Below, piece by piece: positions 10,171-20,263 of a stretch of 32,000 nt of DNA. How positions within the stretch are numbered: the stretch's first letter is position 1; each line of letters starts with the position of its first letter. The translations under genes were made by a program, and so were the position numbers. The DNA is from Candidatus Altimarinota bacterium. Lineage in GTDB: Bacteria; Patescibacteriota; Gracilibacteria; UBA1369. The notes under the pieces were generated by a model. That model was given only the letters and a program-made list of their open reading frames with translations. It was not told where the DNA came from and made no database searches. The stretch spans positions 60,001-92,000 of the forward strand of contig JBAZYK010000002.1 in assembly GCA_041659405.1 (NCBI GenBank). The letters run 5' to 3'.

Positions 10171-11385
10171 TTAAGCATCAGGAACCAAAAGACGCATGAT
10201 ATCGTCCACGGTAATAATTCCTTTCAAATGTTTACGACGATCAACAACGCCCACAGAGAGCAAATTATATTTAGTCATAATTTTGGCAACTTCACGTGCA
10301 TGAGTTGAAATCTTCACGGTTTTAACCACCTTGGACATTAATTCACCGATTTTTTCGCTATGATCAGCCAAAAGCAAAGTCCTAATGGAAACAATTCCAA
10401 TTAAAGCATTATCTTTATTTACCACAAACGCGTGGTAAATCGAACGATGTTCATCGGATTTCTTCCTGATTTCCTTAATAGCTTCACGAACAGATTCATC
10501 TTCACCAATATGCAAATATTCAGTATTCATCAAACCTCCGGCACGATCTTCTTCATAAGTCGTAAGTTTATGTAAAGTTTTTGCCTTTCTAATTCCCAAG
10601 CGACGAAAAACCTGGATACGCTTATGCTCGGAAAGATCCTGAATAACATCAGCAGCTTCATCCGTTGGCATTTCCTCCAAAATCCCCGCCAAATATTTAG
10701 GGTTAATATGATCAATCAAAGTTTCTTTATATTCAGGTTCAACTTCACCCAAAACCTCAGCGGCTTTTTCTTTATCAAACGCCTGAACCAACTTGGTACT
10801 TTGATGTAATGTTAAGTTTTCAATCAAATTCGCAATATCCGCAGGATGCAATTTCTCCAACTTCTGATACGGAGTTTTTAGCTTAAGACTACCAATATTT
10901 CCCTTCACCAGATTCACATTATGCCAATCTATAAAACGTGATTGCATGGAACGAATAAAAGGTAAATGCGCCAATCCCAGGCGACGCATCAGCGCTTTAT
11001 TACTAACATCAATTCCCACAACCGAAAAATCATCCTCAATTTTTGAAAGTTGCAAATCATTAACGCGCACCACCCTGATTCCCTCCACATCAAAAATTTG
11101 CTGATCAAGAACATCACGAACCAACAAAACCTCATCATTGGAAAACTCATAATTAACTTTCCAGCAATTTGATCGATTGAGAGTTATTTCAGCACGACTC
11201 AAATTTTCTATACAAGTATAAGGAATAAAATTGACCTCTTTTCCTCTATAAAAAATCAAACCCTGAACTCGCGGATACTCTCCATTTTTTGTCTTTGCAT
11301 TAACAACAACATCTCCCAAACAACCAATAACATCTTCCCTGCTATCAATAATATCGGCCTTCACTAATTGGCTTAAAAAAATCAT
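10171..11385 (-). CDS. PRC-barrel, MgtE_N and CBS-pair protein lacking a transmembrane channel domain
   Basis: 404 aa; KLHPADIANLIENL...GILEEMPTDEAADVIQDL...RAGGLMNTEY is MgtE N-terminal-like, followed by two CBS repeats; PRC-like N-terminus; ends without hydrophobic TM region. Confidence 0.85.
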   Translation of the reverse strand: MIFLSQLVKADIIDSREDVIGCLGDVVVNAKTKNGEYPRVQGLIFYRGKEVNFIPYTCIENLSRAEITLNRSNCWKVNYEFSNDEVLLVRDVLDQQIFDVEGIRVVRVNDLQLSKIEDDFSVVGIDVSNKALMRRLGLAHLPFIRSMQSRFIDWHNVNLVKGNIGSLKLKTPYQKLEKLHPADIANLIENLTLHQSTKLVQAFDKEKAAEVLGEVEPEYKETLIDHINPKYLAGILEEMPTDEAADVIQDLSEHKRIQVFRRLGIRKAKTLHKLTTYEEDRAGGLMNTEYLHIGEDESVREAIKEIRKKSDEHRSIYHAFVVNKDNALIGIVSIRTLLLADHSEKIGELMSKVVKTVKISTHAREVAKIMTKYNLLSVGVVDRRKHLKGIITVDDIMRLLVPDA

Positions 11386-11442
11386 AAAAAACTCCTGAAA
11401 AATTTCACCGAAATTATATACTGCATTTACAAAGCGAACAAC

Positions 11443-11477
11443 AAAAAAGAGATGGAAATTTTAATTCCACCTCTTTT
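11443..11477 (-). terminator. intrinsic terminator of the 11507-12322 gene
   Basis: Minus strand AAAGAGGTGGAA-TTAAAA-TTCCATCTCTTTTTT hairpin with T-run. Confidence 0.75.
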
Positions 11478-11506
11478 AAATTTGAAGATGAACCGAATTC
11501 CAAAAT

Positions 11507-12322
11507 TTATTTTGTGTCAGAAGTCTTATTTTCTTCCTTCAATACTTTCTTTGCTTCTTTCTGGGCTTTCTTTTGATCTTTTTCTAACTGAGCCTGAGCC
11601 TTTAAAGTAACTTTCAAAGCATTCAAAGCATCCTTTTTAACTTTCTCAGCAGCTGAAACAGCAGCGTTAAACGTCTTTCTTGCTGCTTCTCTAGCTGTTT
11701 GTAAAACTGCACGAGCTGCACTTACTCCACCTTTGTAAGTCTTACGAGCGGCATTCATAGCGTCATTATAAGTTTTCCTGGCAGCCTGATTCTTAGCTTT
11801 ATCAGTAGTTGCTGAACAAACAGTAGCCTTCAAAGTATTCAAAGCCTTTTGCATAACAGCCTTACGAGTTGCAACCAAAGCATCAACCTGTGTTTTAAAC
11901 ACTGCAAAAGCAGCATCTACAACCTTCTTATGATCTGCAATCGCAGCCTTCATACTTGCACGGAAAGTCTCAAGTATCTGTTGAACCTTAGAATCCTTTA
12001 CAACTTTCACATCACGTTCCGCACGTTTATTTGCCATATTACCATCATATTCAGAACGATTTTTGGAAGATTTAACATTATTTTCCGCATTCTTATTTTC
12101 AGATTTCACCTGTGAATCGATAGCATCTTTTGTCGATTTTTGCTGTTTTTCTTCAAAATTGACCACATTACAAAGCTTATTCACCTTATCGGATAAAGAA
12201 ACACTCTGAGTAGACTCATCCTTCGATTTTACCTGATCCGAAGTCCCTTCCATCGCAAAAGAAGGAGCCGCAAAGCTTAAAACGGTCATACCAACCAAAA
12301 GTGCCGAGGTTACCTTTTTCAT
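11507..12322 (-). CDS. secreted Ala/Lys-rich, predicted all-helical repeat protein of unknown function
   Basis: 271 aa; signal peptide MKKVTSALLVGMTVLSFAAPSFA, then recurring AARKTY/AARKTF/SAARAV/AAREAARKTF motifs. Confidence 0.8.
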   Translation of the reverse strand: MKKVTSALLVGMTVLSFAAPSFAMEGTSDQVKSKDESTQSVSLSDKVNKLCNVVNFEEKQQKSTKDAIDSQVKSENKNAENNVKSSKNRSEYDGNMANKRAERDVKVVKDSKVQQILETFRASMKAAIADHKKVVDAAFAVFKTQVDALVATRKAVMQKALNTLKATVCSATTDKAKNQAARKTYNDAMNAARKTYKGGVSAARAVLQTAREAARKTFNAAVSAAEKVKKDALNALKVTLKAQAQLEKDQKKAQKEAKKVLKEENKTSDTK

Positions 12323-12493
12323 AGAAAAAAGTTATGAAATAAAATTCTTTTGTTACCTGCATATTCTAACGTAGATCACAGAAAATACTTACAACCTAAA
12401 ATCCTTTCCCCTTGTGCAATCCAAAATTCATTTTCTAAAAAATATCTATTTTTAGCCAGATCAAGATTTTAGCCACGTCAAATATAAAAAAAC

Positions 12494-12613
12494 ATGAGCG
12501 AAAAATTCGAAGCAAAGCGTGGATTTTTGAGGATTGGGTCTCGTGGGCCCCAACCGCAGAAAATCCCGCTACTGCGCAGAATTTTGAACGAATAACAATA
12601 TAGGGGAAAAAGC
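12494..12613 (+). repeat. copy 2 of the ~120 bp element with a 33-codon ORF (12494-12595)
   Basis: ORF MSEKFEAKRGFLRIGSRGPQPQKIPLLRRILNE*; 5 substitutions and no indel relative to copy 1 over 102 nt. Confidence 0.85.
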
Positions 12614-12747
12614 CCAAAATAAGGTCTTATCTTTTGCTTCGCAATAGGGAAAACCTCGCCTCGAAAGAATTTGGAGTTTGTTTCACAAACAAGTTTTTGC
12701 TATGCCCGCTTGAGGGCGGGCGCGGACACTCGCTATGCTCGTGTCTA

Positions 12748-12833
12748 TGGTGCGCGGGAGAGGACTCGAACCTCCACGCCCTTTCGAGCGCTACCACCTC
12801 AAGGTAGTGCGTCTGCCATTTCGCCACCCGCGC
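12748..12833 (-). tRNA. tRNA-Leu(GAG), CCA encoded
   Basis: GCGCGGG acceptor with CCGCGC-ACCA, anticodon loop TTGAGGT, long variable arm GCTCGAAAGGGCG, T-loop TTCGAGT; upstream TTGAGA-N16-TAAAAT. Confidence 0.95.
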
Positions 12834-13139
12834 TAAACACATTGCCTATACCACAACCAAAAACAGAGAAGGCACAAAGCTCACCCATTTTAGCCAAATT
12901 CTGAAAAATCTCAAGGTGTTCTAACAATATTTCACCGTTCTTAACCCAAAAGACCACTTCTACTCATACAAAAGTGATCTTTTAACCTGCTTTTTAGCTA
13001 CATTTTATAAAACCTGCCTCCTGGCCTAAGCACTTGCCTTTAGTGCCGCCGCCGCATCCTTACTTTAAGTATGTAACAGATTACAGTTAATTTGATTTTT
13101 CCAGGCTTTATTAATTTCAAAAAAAATGTTTAAATATAC

Positions 13140-13703
13140 ATGCCCATGAAAAAAACACTTCGCCAAATAAAGCTTTTAGAAAGACTGGCCCACCATCCGG
13201 TTGAAAAAACTAAAAAAGATCGGCTTATACTTAAAGGAATCTGCAATTTACCCGAATTCAAAAAGGCCAAAAACATCTTATTCTACACTCCAATTAAAGG
13301 AGAAGTGGATATTTCTAAAATCCTGAAGAAATCTAAAACTAAAAAGTTTGTCCTTCCTCGAATTAATGGAAATAAACTCGATCTTCACTATATAGAAGAC
13401 CTTTCTCAAGCCGAAGAAAACAAGTTTAAAATCCTTGAACCCAAAAAAAATCTCCCCAAAGCAAAACCACAAGATATCGACTTGGCAATCATCCCTGGTG
13501 TTGTATTTTCCGACAACGGCCATAGGGTTGGCTATGGCAAGGGATTTTATGATCGTTTTCTTAAAAAGACTCTAGCCGTAAAAATTGGTGTTGCATATCG
13601 GTTTCAAATCGTTAAGAATATCCCCGGTGAAAAACACGACGTACCAATGGAGATAATCATCACGGAAAACAAAACCATGAGAATCAAACACAATACTCTT
13701 TAA
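13140..13703 (+). CDS. 5-formyltetrahydrofolate cyclo-ligase
   Basis: 187 aa; N-terminal RQIKLLERL...; [30 protein letters not shown] signature. Confidence 0.93.
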   Translation: MPMKKTLRQIKLLERLAHHPVEKTKKDRLILKGICNLPEFKKAKNILFYTPIKGEVDISKILKKSKTKKFVLPRINGNKLDLHYIEDLSQAEENKFKILEPKKNLPKAKPQDIDLAIIPGVVFSDNGHRVGYGKGFYDRFLKKTLAVKIGVAYRFQIVKNIPGEKHDVPMEIIITENKTMRIKHNTL

Positions 13704-13714
13704 CCCCAGTTTCC

Positions 13715-14962
13715 ATGCAGATGCCAGCACTCAAGTCGTATGATCCGCAAGTATACGACGCAATTAAACGTGAAGAAAAACGCCAAAGTGAGGGAATGGA
13801 ATTAATCCCTTCGGAAAATTACGTTTCTCAGGCGGTTTTAGAGGCAAACGGCTCATTAATGACCAACAAATATTCAGAAGGATATGTTGGCAAACGCTAT
13901 TATGGCGGCCAGGAAAATGTTGATACGATTGAAGCATTGGCTATAGATAGAGCAAAGCAGCTTTTTGGAGCTGAACACGTCAATGTACAACCATATTCCG
14001 GAAGTCCCGCCAACACAGCTGTTTATTTTGCTCTATTGAATTATGGCGATACCGTTCTTGGCATGAAACTGGATCATGGCGGACACATCACCCATGGCTT
14101 GCCAATAAGCTTTTCCGGCAGATCATATAAGTTTATCGGCTACGGTGTAGATAAAGAAACCGGCCGAGTTGATATGGAAGAAGTCCGAAAATTGGCTCTG
14201 GAACACAAACCAAAGATGATTGTTGCGGGATTTTCCGCCTATTCACGTAATCTTGATTGGAAAAAATTCAAAGAAATTGCCGATGAAGTTGGGGCCATAA
14301 CCATGGCCGATATTGCGCATATTGCAGGGCTGATTGCCGCTGGCGAAATTGACTCACCAATCCCCTATTTTGATGTTGTCACCACGACTACCCACAAAAC
14401 CTTACGCGGACCTCGCGGCGCAATGATTATGTGTAAGCAAAAATTCGCCAAAGATATTGATCGCGCCGTCTTCCCGGGATTACAGGGTGGCCCACACGAC
14501 AATGCCATAGCCGCAAAAGCAGTTGCCTTTAAAGAAGCGCTTGAACCTTCCTTTAAAGAATATGCCAAACAAATCATGAAGAACGCCAAAACTTTAGCGG
14601 ACGCCCTAACCGGTTATGGTTTTGAGATCATTTCTAAAGGAACCGACAATCACCTTATGCTTATTGATCTTACAAACAAAGGCGTGACAGGCAAACAAGC
14701 CCAGGAAGCCATGGATAAAGCCGGAATCACCTGCAACAAAAACACTGTTCCATTTGAAACACGCAGCCCAATGGACCCAAGCGGAATTCGTCTGGGAACA
14801 CCTGCTATTACCACTCGTGGCATGAAAGAAGCCGAAATGAAAACAATCGCCGGCTGGATTAACAACTGCATCGCCAACTGGAATAACGATGAAAAACTCG
14901 CGCAAATCGAAGCAGAAGTAAAAACTTTGTGTCTTAAGTTTCCGGTTCCGGGTGTGAATTAA
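13715..14962 (+). CDS. glyA: serine hydroxymethyltransferase
   Basis: 415 aa; [52 protein letters not shown] signature with PLP lysine. Confidence 0.98.
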   Translation: MQMPALKSYDPQVYDAIKREEKRQSEGMELIPSENYVSQAVLEANGSLMTNKYSEGYVGKRYYGGQENVDTIEALAIDRAKQLFGAEHVNVQPYSGSPANTAVYFALLNYGDTVLGMKLDHGGHITHGLPISFSGRSYKFIGYGVDKETGRVDMEEVRKLALEHKPKMIVAGFSAYSRNLDWKKFKEIADEVGAITMADIAHIAGLIAAGEIDSPIPYFDVVTTTTHKTLRGPRGAMIMCKQKFAKDIDRAVFPGLQGGPHDNAIAAKAVAFKEALEPSFKEYAKQIMKNAKTLADALTGYGFEIISKGTDNHLMLIDLTNKGVTGKQAQEAMDKAGITCNKNTVPFETRSPMDPSGIRLGTPAITTRGMKEAEMKTIAGWINNCIANWNNDEKLAQIEAEVKTLCLKFPVPGVN

Positions 14963-14966
14963 AGCT

Positions 14967-16541
14967 TTATTTTCGTTTCACCACAATCAGCGTGATGTCA
15001 TCCATCTGTTTATAACTTCCGCTAAACTCTTTGACATCGGCCAGCAGCGCATTGCGAATAGCAAGAGCTGTTGGCAAACTTGAATATTCAGTCACCGCGC
15101 GTTTAAAACGAGCCATTCCATACATTTCTTTGTCGTTCTTCCACGATTCCGGAATACCATCCGAATACAAAACCAAAACATCATCTTTTTGCAGACCGAA
15201 TTCTTCTTCCTTAACAACTTTGCTAATATCGGGAATCATGCCTAAAGCCAACCCGCCCGAAGGACACAAAGTCACTTTTTGATCCTGCGCATGATAATGA
15301 ATCATTTGTTCATGACCGGCATTTACAAATTTAAGCTTAGAAGAAACCGCATCCCACTGCAGCATTACCATCGTCAAAAACATATTTGAAGAAGTTTTAG
15401 CCTTAATCACGCGATTAGTATCCATCATAATTGACTTCAAATCTTTCTGCCCAGCCATAGTGTAAATAACAGCATTTGCAATCGAAACAATGATACCGGA
15501 TGGCACACCATGACCGGTCACATCACCAATATAGAAAATGAGCTGATCATCATTCAATTTCAAGAAATCATAACAATCACCACCAATTTCTTCAGCAGGT
15601 AAAAGCCCGGCAGCAAGGTCCAAACCGTTAATTATCGGCATGGTTTTAGGCAAAAGTTGCGCCTGAATTTTTGAAGCCAATTCAAGTTCCTTCGTAACAC
15701 GTTCTTTGTAAAGCATGGCTTTTGTACTGATTTCCAAATCGGCGGCCATTTTGTTAAAAGCTCCCGCCAAAGTGAAAAGTTCATCTTTGGTTTTTACAAT
15801 AACGCGATGCTTAAAATCACCTTTTGCAATAATTCCGGCACCTTCCGTTAATTGCTCAATTGGCTTGGTGATGGTCTTAGAATAGAGCACCGCCATCAAG
15901 ATTCCAATGCCTACACCAAAGATTGCCAATAAAATAATACGCCATGCAGTTTGATTAACCCGGGCTTCAAGAGCCTGGTAAGTAATACCATAGGAAACGG
16001 CAAACTCGGTACCAACCGGCTGCACAAAATAAGAAATCTTTTCGGTTTTACCAAGGTCTGTTGTGGTTTTTTCATCTTGATCAACGGCCTGGAAATTACC
16101 ATTTTCATCTTTTTTAAAATAAACCACTCGCTTGGAATCCGTAGTCAAAACAGACAAATTGCGTGCTTGAATTTGCTTAAACAAAAGATCATTTTGCACT
16201 TTGCGAACAGTTCCATCGTATTGTTTAGACTGCTCAGTATGCGAGTCATAAGCCAATTCCCCGTTATACTTATAAATTTGGACCGAAGCAACATCCACGT
16301 TTTTTTGAAAAACATCCTGAATGTTACGATTGAAATAAATAAAACTCTTCTGAGAAAGATACAAATTGTAATCATTCACAATATTGGGAGCCGTTAACTC
16401 CGCAAAAGAACGCGCATTCAGGAAAATATCATTCGAAAGTTCCTGCCGCTTTTCATTTAAAAGCACAAAGGCTGCTGCCGTTAACAGGACGACAATGAGA
16501 ATACTAATGGTTATGGTGAGTTTTGTTTTGATTGAGCGCAT
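14967..16541 (-). CDS. membrane sensor with HAMP domain and SpoIIE/RsbU-type PP2C phosphatase domain
   Basis: 524 aa; two TM segments, HAMP-like LTEGAGIIAKGDFKHRV, then IQAQLLPKTMPIINGLDLAAGLLPAEEIGGDCYDFLKLND...FYIGDVTGHGVPSGI...LYSDGIPE. Confidence 0.92.
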   Translation of the reverse strand: MRSIKTKLTITISILIVVLLTAAAFVLLNEKRQELSNDIFLNARSFAELTAPNIVNDYNLYLSQKSFIYFNRNIQDVFQKNVDVASVQIYKYNGELAYDSHTEQSKQYDGTVRKVQNDLLFKQIQARNLSVLTTDSKRVVYFKKDENGNFQAVDQDEKTTTDLGKTEKISYFVQPVGTEFAVSYGITYQALEARVNQTAWRIILLAIFGVGIGILMAVLYSKTITKPIEQLTEGAGIIAKGDFKHRVIVKTKDELFTLAGAFNKMAADLEISTKAMLYKERVTKELELASKIQAQLLPKTMPIINGLDLAAGLLPAEEIGGDCYDFLKLNDDQLIFYIGDVTGHGVPSGIIVSIANAVIYTMAGQKDLKSIMMDTNRVIKAKTSSNMFLTMVMLQWDAVSSKLKFVNAGHEQMIHYHAQDQKVTLCPSGGLALGMIPDISKVVKEEEFGLQKDDVLVLYSDGIPESWKNDKEMYGMARFKRAVTEYSSLPTALAIRNALLADVKEFSGSYKQMDDITLIVVKRK

Positions 16542-16562
16542 ATATTTGTTGTTTCAAGGTTA

Positions 16563-18179
16563 TTATTGTACAGAAGCGGCTGAAATATAACCGTCAACCC
16601 GCGGTTCAAAATGAATGTTTTTGGCATAAGCAAAGACTTTTTCACTTTCAAATAAAGGAACTCCAATTACATCTTCATCGACAATTTTCTTCATCAAATT
16701 CTGTAAATCTTCCAAACGTTTTTTAGGATCAAGCTCTTGTCGACTTTGTTCAATCGCCTTATCAGTGTCGGCGTTGCTGTAATGTGAGCCATTAAACTGC
16801 CCATAAAATCCATATCCATCCGGACTATGAACAATGCTTGAAAGGAAATCATCACTATCACCCAACTCGGAACGCCATCCTAGAAAATACAGTTGAGAAG
16901 TACCTTCAGCAATTTTCTTCTGTAAATCCTGACCGGAAAGCGGATTTAATTTTAGATCAATACCCAAAGCCGCAAATTGCGTTTGAATGTATTGACCCAT
17001 AACATCCAATTCTGCCGGGTAGTCAAAAGTCACAATTAAAGCATCCTCTGAAGTCAAACTAACAGATGCAGTCGTTTGAAAATCTTTTTGAGCCTGGGCC
17101 AGATTATAAGCCGGAGCAGCAACATCAGGATTAAATCCAAAAATACCACTACTGACAAATTGACCTATGGGATGCGCAAAACCATTGGCAAAATCGACGA
17201 AAACTTTAGCTTCCAATGATTGTGGAATAGATTTACGCACTTCCACATTTTGCCACAAAGGATCATCAACATTAAACATTAAAAAGTTAACTTCCAAACT
17301 TGGAATTGAAACAGTTTCAAAACCTTTTGTGGCCAAATCCTTAACCGTTGCCGGCGGAACATCAGCCAATATTTGCACTTTGCCCTGTTCCAAAGCCTGT
17401 TGTCTTTCATCTTTATCCAAAATTGTCTTCAAATTAACACTCTGGAAATAAGGCTTGTCTCCCCAGTAATCATTAAATCTCTCCATGATCATAGCCCCGG
17501 AATCAGCAGACACAAAGCTATAAGGCCCTGTCCCAAGCGGCTTAGCAAAATCAGTAAAGTCTTTAGGATAAACAAAAGCCACCGCCAATTTATTCAAAAG
17601 CAAAGGATCCGGCTGGCTTGTGACAATTTGAATTCTGGAATCATCAACAGCTTTAATTGCGGTTACATTACTAAAAAAATTCTTAAGCTGCGATTGAGGA
17701 AAATCCTTGGCACGCTCAAGACTAAAAACGACATCAGCAGAATTTAAAATTTTGCCATTATGAAATTTAACATTGGGACGAAGCCTAAACTCCCAGGTAT
17801 TTTCATCAAGCATTCCCCACGAAACCGCCAAAGCCGATTCGATTTTAAGATTTCGATTAGTCCTAACTAACCCCTGATACACGTCCAAAAGACGACTTTG
17901 AGTAACCGGATCAAAATTGACCGGATCCAGACTATTCACAGGTGAAGCGTAAGCAATAGCCAAACTTTCGGCTGAAGAATGCACAACGGGACGGGCAAAA
18001 AAGTTACTAAGCAGAGCCAGACGATCGCCTAAAATATCACCCAAAAAAAGCTGAGTACCAATTCCTCCCAAAACAATCAGGTACAAAAAGACAAAAAACT
18101 TCACAGCAATTTTTCTGAAAATGCCGTTTTTTTTCTGAGGGTTTTCAACTTCCGCTAATTTTGTATTTTCTAAGCTCAC
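16563..18179 (-). CDS. ABC-type solute-binding protein, family 5, with N-terminal TM anchor
   Basis: 538 aa; N-terminal TM (FFVFLYLIVLGGIGTQLFL), NLKIESALAVSWGMLDENTWEFRLRPNVKFHNGKILNSADVVFSLERA motif. Confidence 0.88.
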   Translation of the reverse strand: MSLENTKLAEVENPQKKNGIFRKIAVKFFVFLYLIVLGGIGTQLFLGDILGDRLALLSNFFARPVVHSSAESLAIAYASPVNSLDPVNFDPVTQSRLLDVYQGLVRTNRNLKIESALAVSWGMLDENTWEFRLRPNVKFHNGKILNSADVVFSLERAKDFPQSQLKNFFSNVTAIKAVDDSRIQIVTSQPDPLLLNKLAVAFVYPKDFTDFAKPLGTGPYSFVSADSGAMIMERFNDYWGDKPYFQSVNLKTILDKDERQQALEQGKVQILADVPPATVKDLATKGFETVSIPSLEVNFLMFNVDDPLWQNVEVRKSIPQSLEAKVFVDFANGFAHPIGQFVSSGIFGFNPDVAAPAYNLAQAQKDFQTTASVSLTSEDALIVTFDYPAELDVMGQYIQTQFAALGIDLKLNPLSGQDLQKKIAEGTSQLYFLGWRSELGDSDDFLSSIVHSPDGYGFYGQFNGSHYSNADTDKAIEQSRQELDPKKRLEDLQNLMKKIVDEDVIGVPLFESEKVFAYAKNIHFEPRVDGYISAASVQ

Positions 18180-18342
18180 TTTTTCTTTTTATTTTTAAGT
18201 TCGATAAAGATCAAACTTTATCTTTACATTTTAGCAGAAAATAGCCGAAAAAGGAAGATAAAACCGTATCACATATCTCCTTCTTTGCTAATTAAAAACA
18301 AACTGAGTTGCCACCCTCTCTCATTTTCCCCCAAATCTTGAT

Positions 18343-20157
18343 CTATTTCTTTAAAATCGCCAAGAAAGCCTCCTGTGGCAAATCAACCCTTCCGACCTTC
18401 TTCATGCGCTTTTTGCCCTCTTTTTGCTTCTTTAAAAGTTTGTCCTTACGCGTTCTATCACCACCATACAGCTTGGCCGTAACATCCTTTCGCAAAGCAC
18501 TAATGCTTTCACGGGCGACTACTTTACTGCCAATCGCAGCCTGAATCGCAATCTCAAACTGGGCTCTTGGGATAAGTTCCTTCAGTTTTTTGGTCAGAGC
18601 AATGCCAATATGAAAAGCATCATCCCTGTGCACAATATTGGAAAGCGCATCAACCCGCTCAGTAGCAATCAAAATATCCAATTTAACCAAGTTCCCGGCA
18701 CGATACTCCAAATACTCATAATTCATGGAAGCATAGCCGGAACTTATGCTCTTTAAACTGTCATAAAAATCAATCACAATCGATGCCAAAGGAATCTCAA
18801 AAACAATCATCACCCTGGTTGGATCTATATATTGCAAACTCTTTTGAAGTCCCCTTTTTTCCTGAGCCAATTGCATAATTGCCCCCACATAATCTTTAGG
18901 AGTCACAATCTCAACCTTCACCCATGGCTCTTTAACGGCCACAATCGTTGCAGGATCAGGATAATCGCTTGGATTTGCCACAAAAATTTCTTCGCCTTTT
19001 TGATTAATCACAACATAAGAAACCGAAGGTGCCGTTACAATCAAATCCAAATTATATTCCCGCTCCAATCTTTCCTGAACAATTTCCAAATGAAGTAATC
19101 CCAAAAATCCGCATCTAAAACCATGACCTAAGGCTCCGGATTGTTCAGGCTCAAAAGTTAAAGCCGAATCGCTTAATTGCAGCTTCTGTAAGGCATCTCT
19201 AAGCAATGGATAATCATCTCCTTCCACACTGAAAACACTGGCAAAAACAAAAGGTTTCACCACTTTATAACCTTCCAGTGGAACCGCCTCATATCTTTCC
19301 AACCGCTTCGTCCCAGGCTTCCAAATCGTGTCCCCCACACGCGCATCAGCCACATTTTTTAAGCCTGAAACAACATAACCAACTTCCCCCGCGACTAAAA
19401 TGTCCGCCGCCAAATATTTCGGCTTAAAATAACCAACTTCAAGCACTTCCAATTCCGTTTTATTATGAAGCATGTAAATTTTATCACCACGCTTTAACTC
19501 TCCCGACATCAAACGCACATAAGAAACAACCCCTCTATAAGAATCATAAACCGAATCAAAAATCAGCGCCTTGGTTTCATCCCCTTCATCAGTCGATTTT
19601 GGCGCAGGAACACGCTGAATAACAGCCTCCAGGACTCTTTCCACATTAGTGCCCTCCTTAGCTGAAATCGAGATTATTTCTTCTTTTGCGATACCCAAAG
19701 TATTTTCAATTTCGAGTGCAACTTTATCAACATCGGCAGAAGGAAGATCAATCTTATTCAAAACCGGAACGATCGTCAGGTTATGTTCCAAAGCCATATA
19801 ACAGTTTGCCAATGTTTGAGCCTCGATTCCCTGGGTAGCATCAACCACTAAAATTGCCCCTTCACATGCGGCTAAACTGCGAGAAACCTCGTAAGTAAAA
19901 TCCACATGCCCCGGGGTATCAATCAAATTTAAAACATACTTTTCTCCCTGATAGACCCAATCCATTCTAACCGGCTGCAGTTTGATGGTAATTCCCCTTT
20001 CCTGCTCCAGGTCCATTGTGTCCAACATTTGCCCATGTTTCATGTCACGCTTGGAAATAGTTTCCGTAACCTCCAAAAAACGATCGGCCAAAGTCGACTT
20101 TCCGTGATCTATATGCGCAATAATGCAAAAATTCCTGATTTTAGAACTGTCTCTCAT
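18343..20157 (-). CDS. lepA: elongation factor 4
   Basis: [51 protein letters not shown] motifs. Likely start is internal Met at 20157, not the ORF-track start 20307. Confidence 0.97.
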   Translation of the reverse strand: MRDSSKIRNFCIIAHIDHGKSTLADRFLEVTETISKRDMKHGQMLDTMDLEQERGITIKLQPVRMDWVYQGEKYVLNLIDTPGHVDFTYEVSRSLAACEGAILVVDATQGIEAQTLANCYMALEHNLTIVPVLNKIDLPSADVDKVALEIENTLGIAKEEIISISAKEGTNVERVLEAVIQRVPAPKSTDEGDETKALIFDSVYDSYRGVVSYVRLMSGELKRGDKIYMLHNKTELEVLEVGYFKPKYLAADILVAGEVGYVVSGLKNVADARVGDTIWKPGTKRLERYEAVPLEGYKVVKPFVFASVFSVEGDDYPLLRDALQKLQLSDSALTFEPEQSGALGHGFRCGFLGLLHLEIVQERLEREYNLDLIVTAPSVSYVVINQKGEEIFVANPSDYPDPATIVAVKEPWVKVEIVTPKDYVGAIMQLAQEKRGLQKSLQYIDPTRVMIVFEIPLASIVIDFYDSLKSISSGYASMNYEYLEYRAGNLVKLDILIATERVDALSNIVHRDDAFHIGIALTKKLKELIPRAQFEIAIQAAIGSKVVARESISALRKDVTAKLYGGDRTRKDKLLKKQKEGKKRMKKVGRVDLPQEAFLAILKK

Positions 20158-20211
20158 GATTTTATTAAAATTAGTCCATATAACCAAAATCGCAGAAGAT
20201 ACTATCAAACA

Positions 20212-20240
20212 TTGAAGAATTGAGCAATTCTTGCTATAAT
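20212..20240 (+). promoter_or_regulatory. candidate promoter for the PrgI-like gene
   Basis: TTGAAG-N17-TATAAT upstream of 20264. Confidence 0.6.
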
Positions 20241-20263
20241 AAGAAGAAATTTTAAAGAAGTTT

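Noticed and set aside
1182-18544. Numerous antisense ORFs such as 7306-7899, 14365-14905, 15951-16397 and 18308-18544
   Set aside because: They are fully or mostly opposite strongly supported genes and look like frame shadows.
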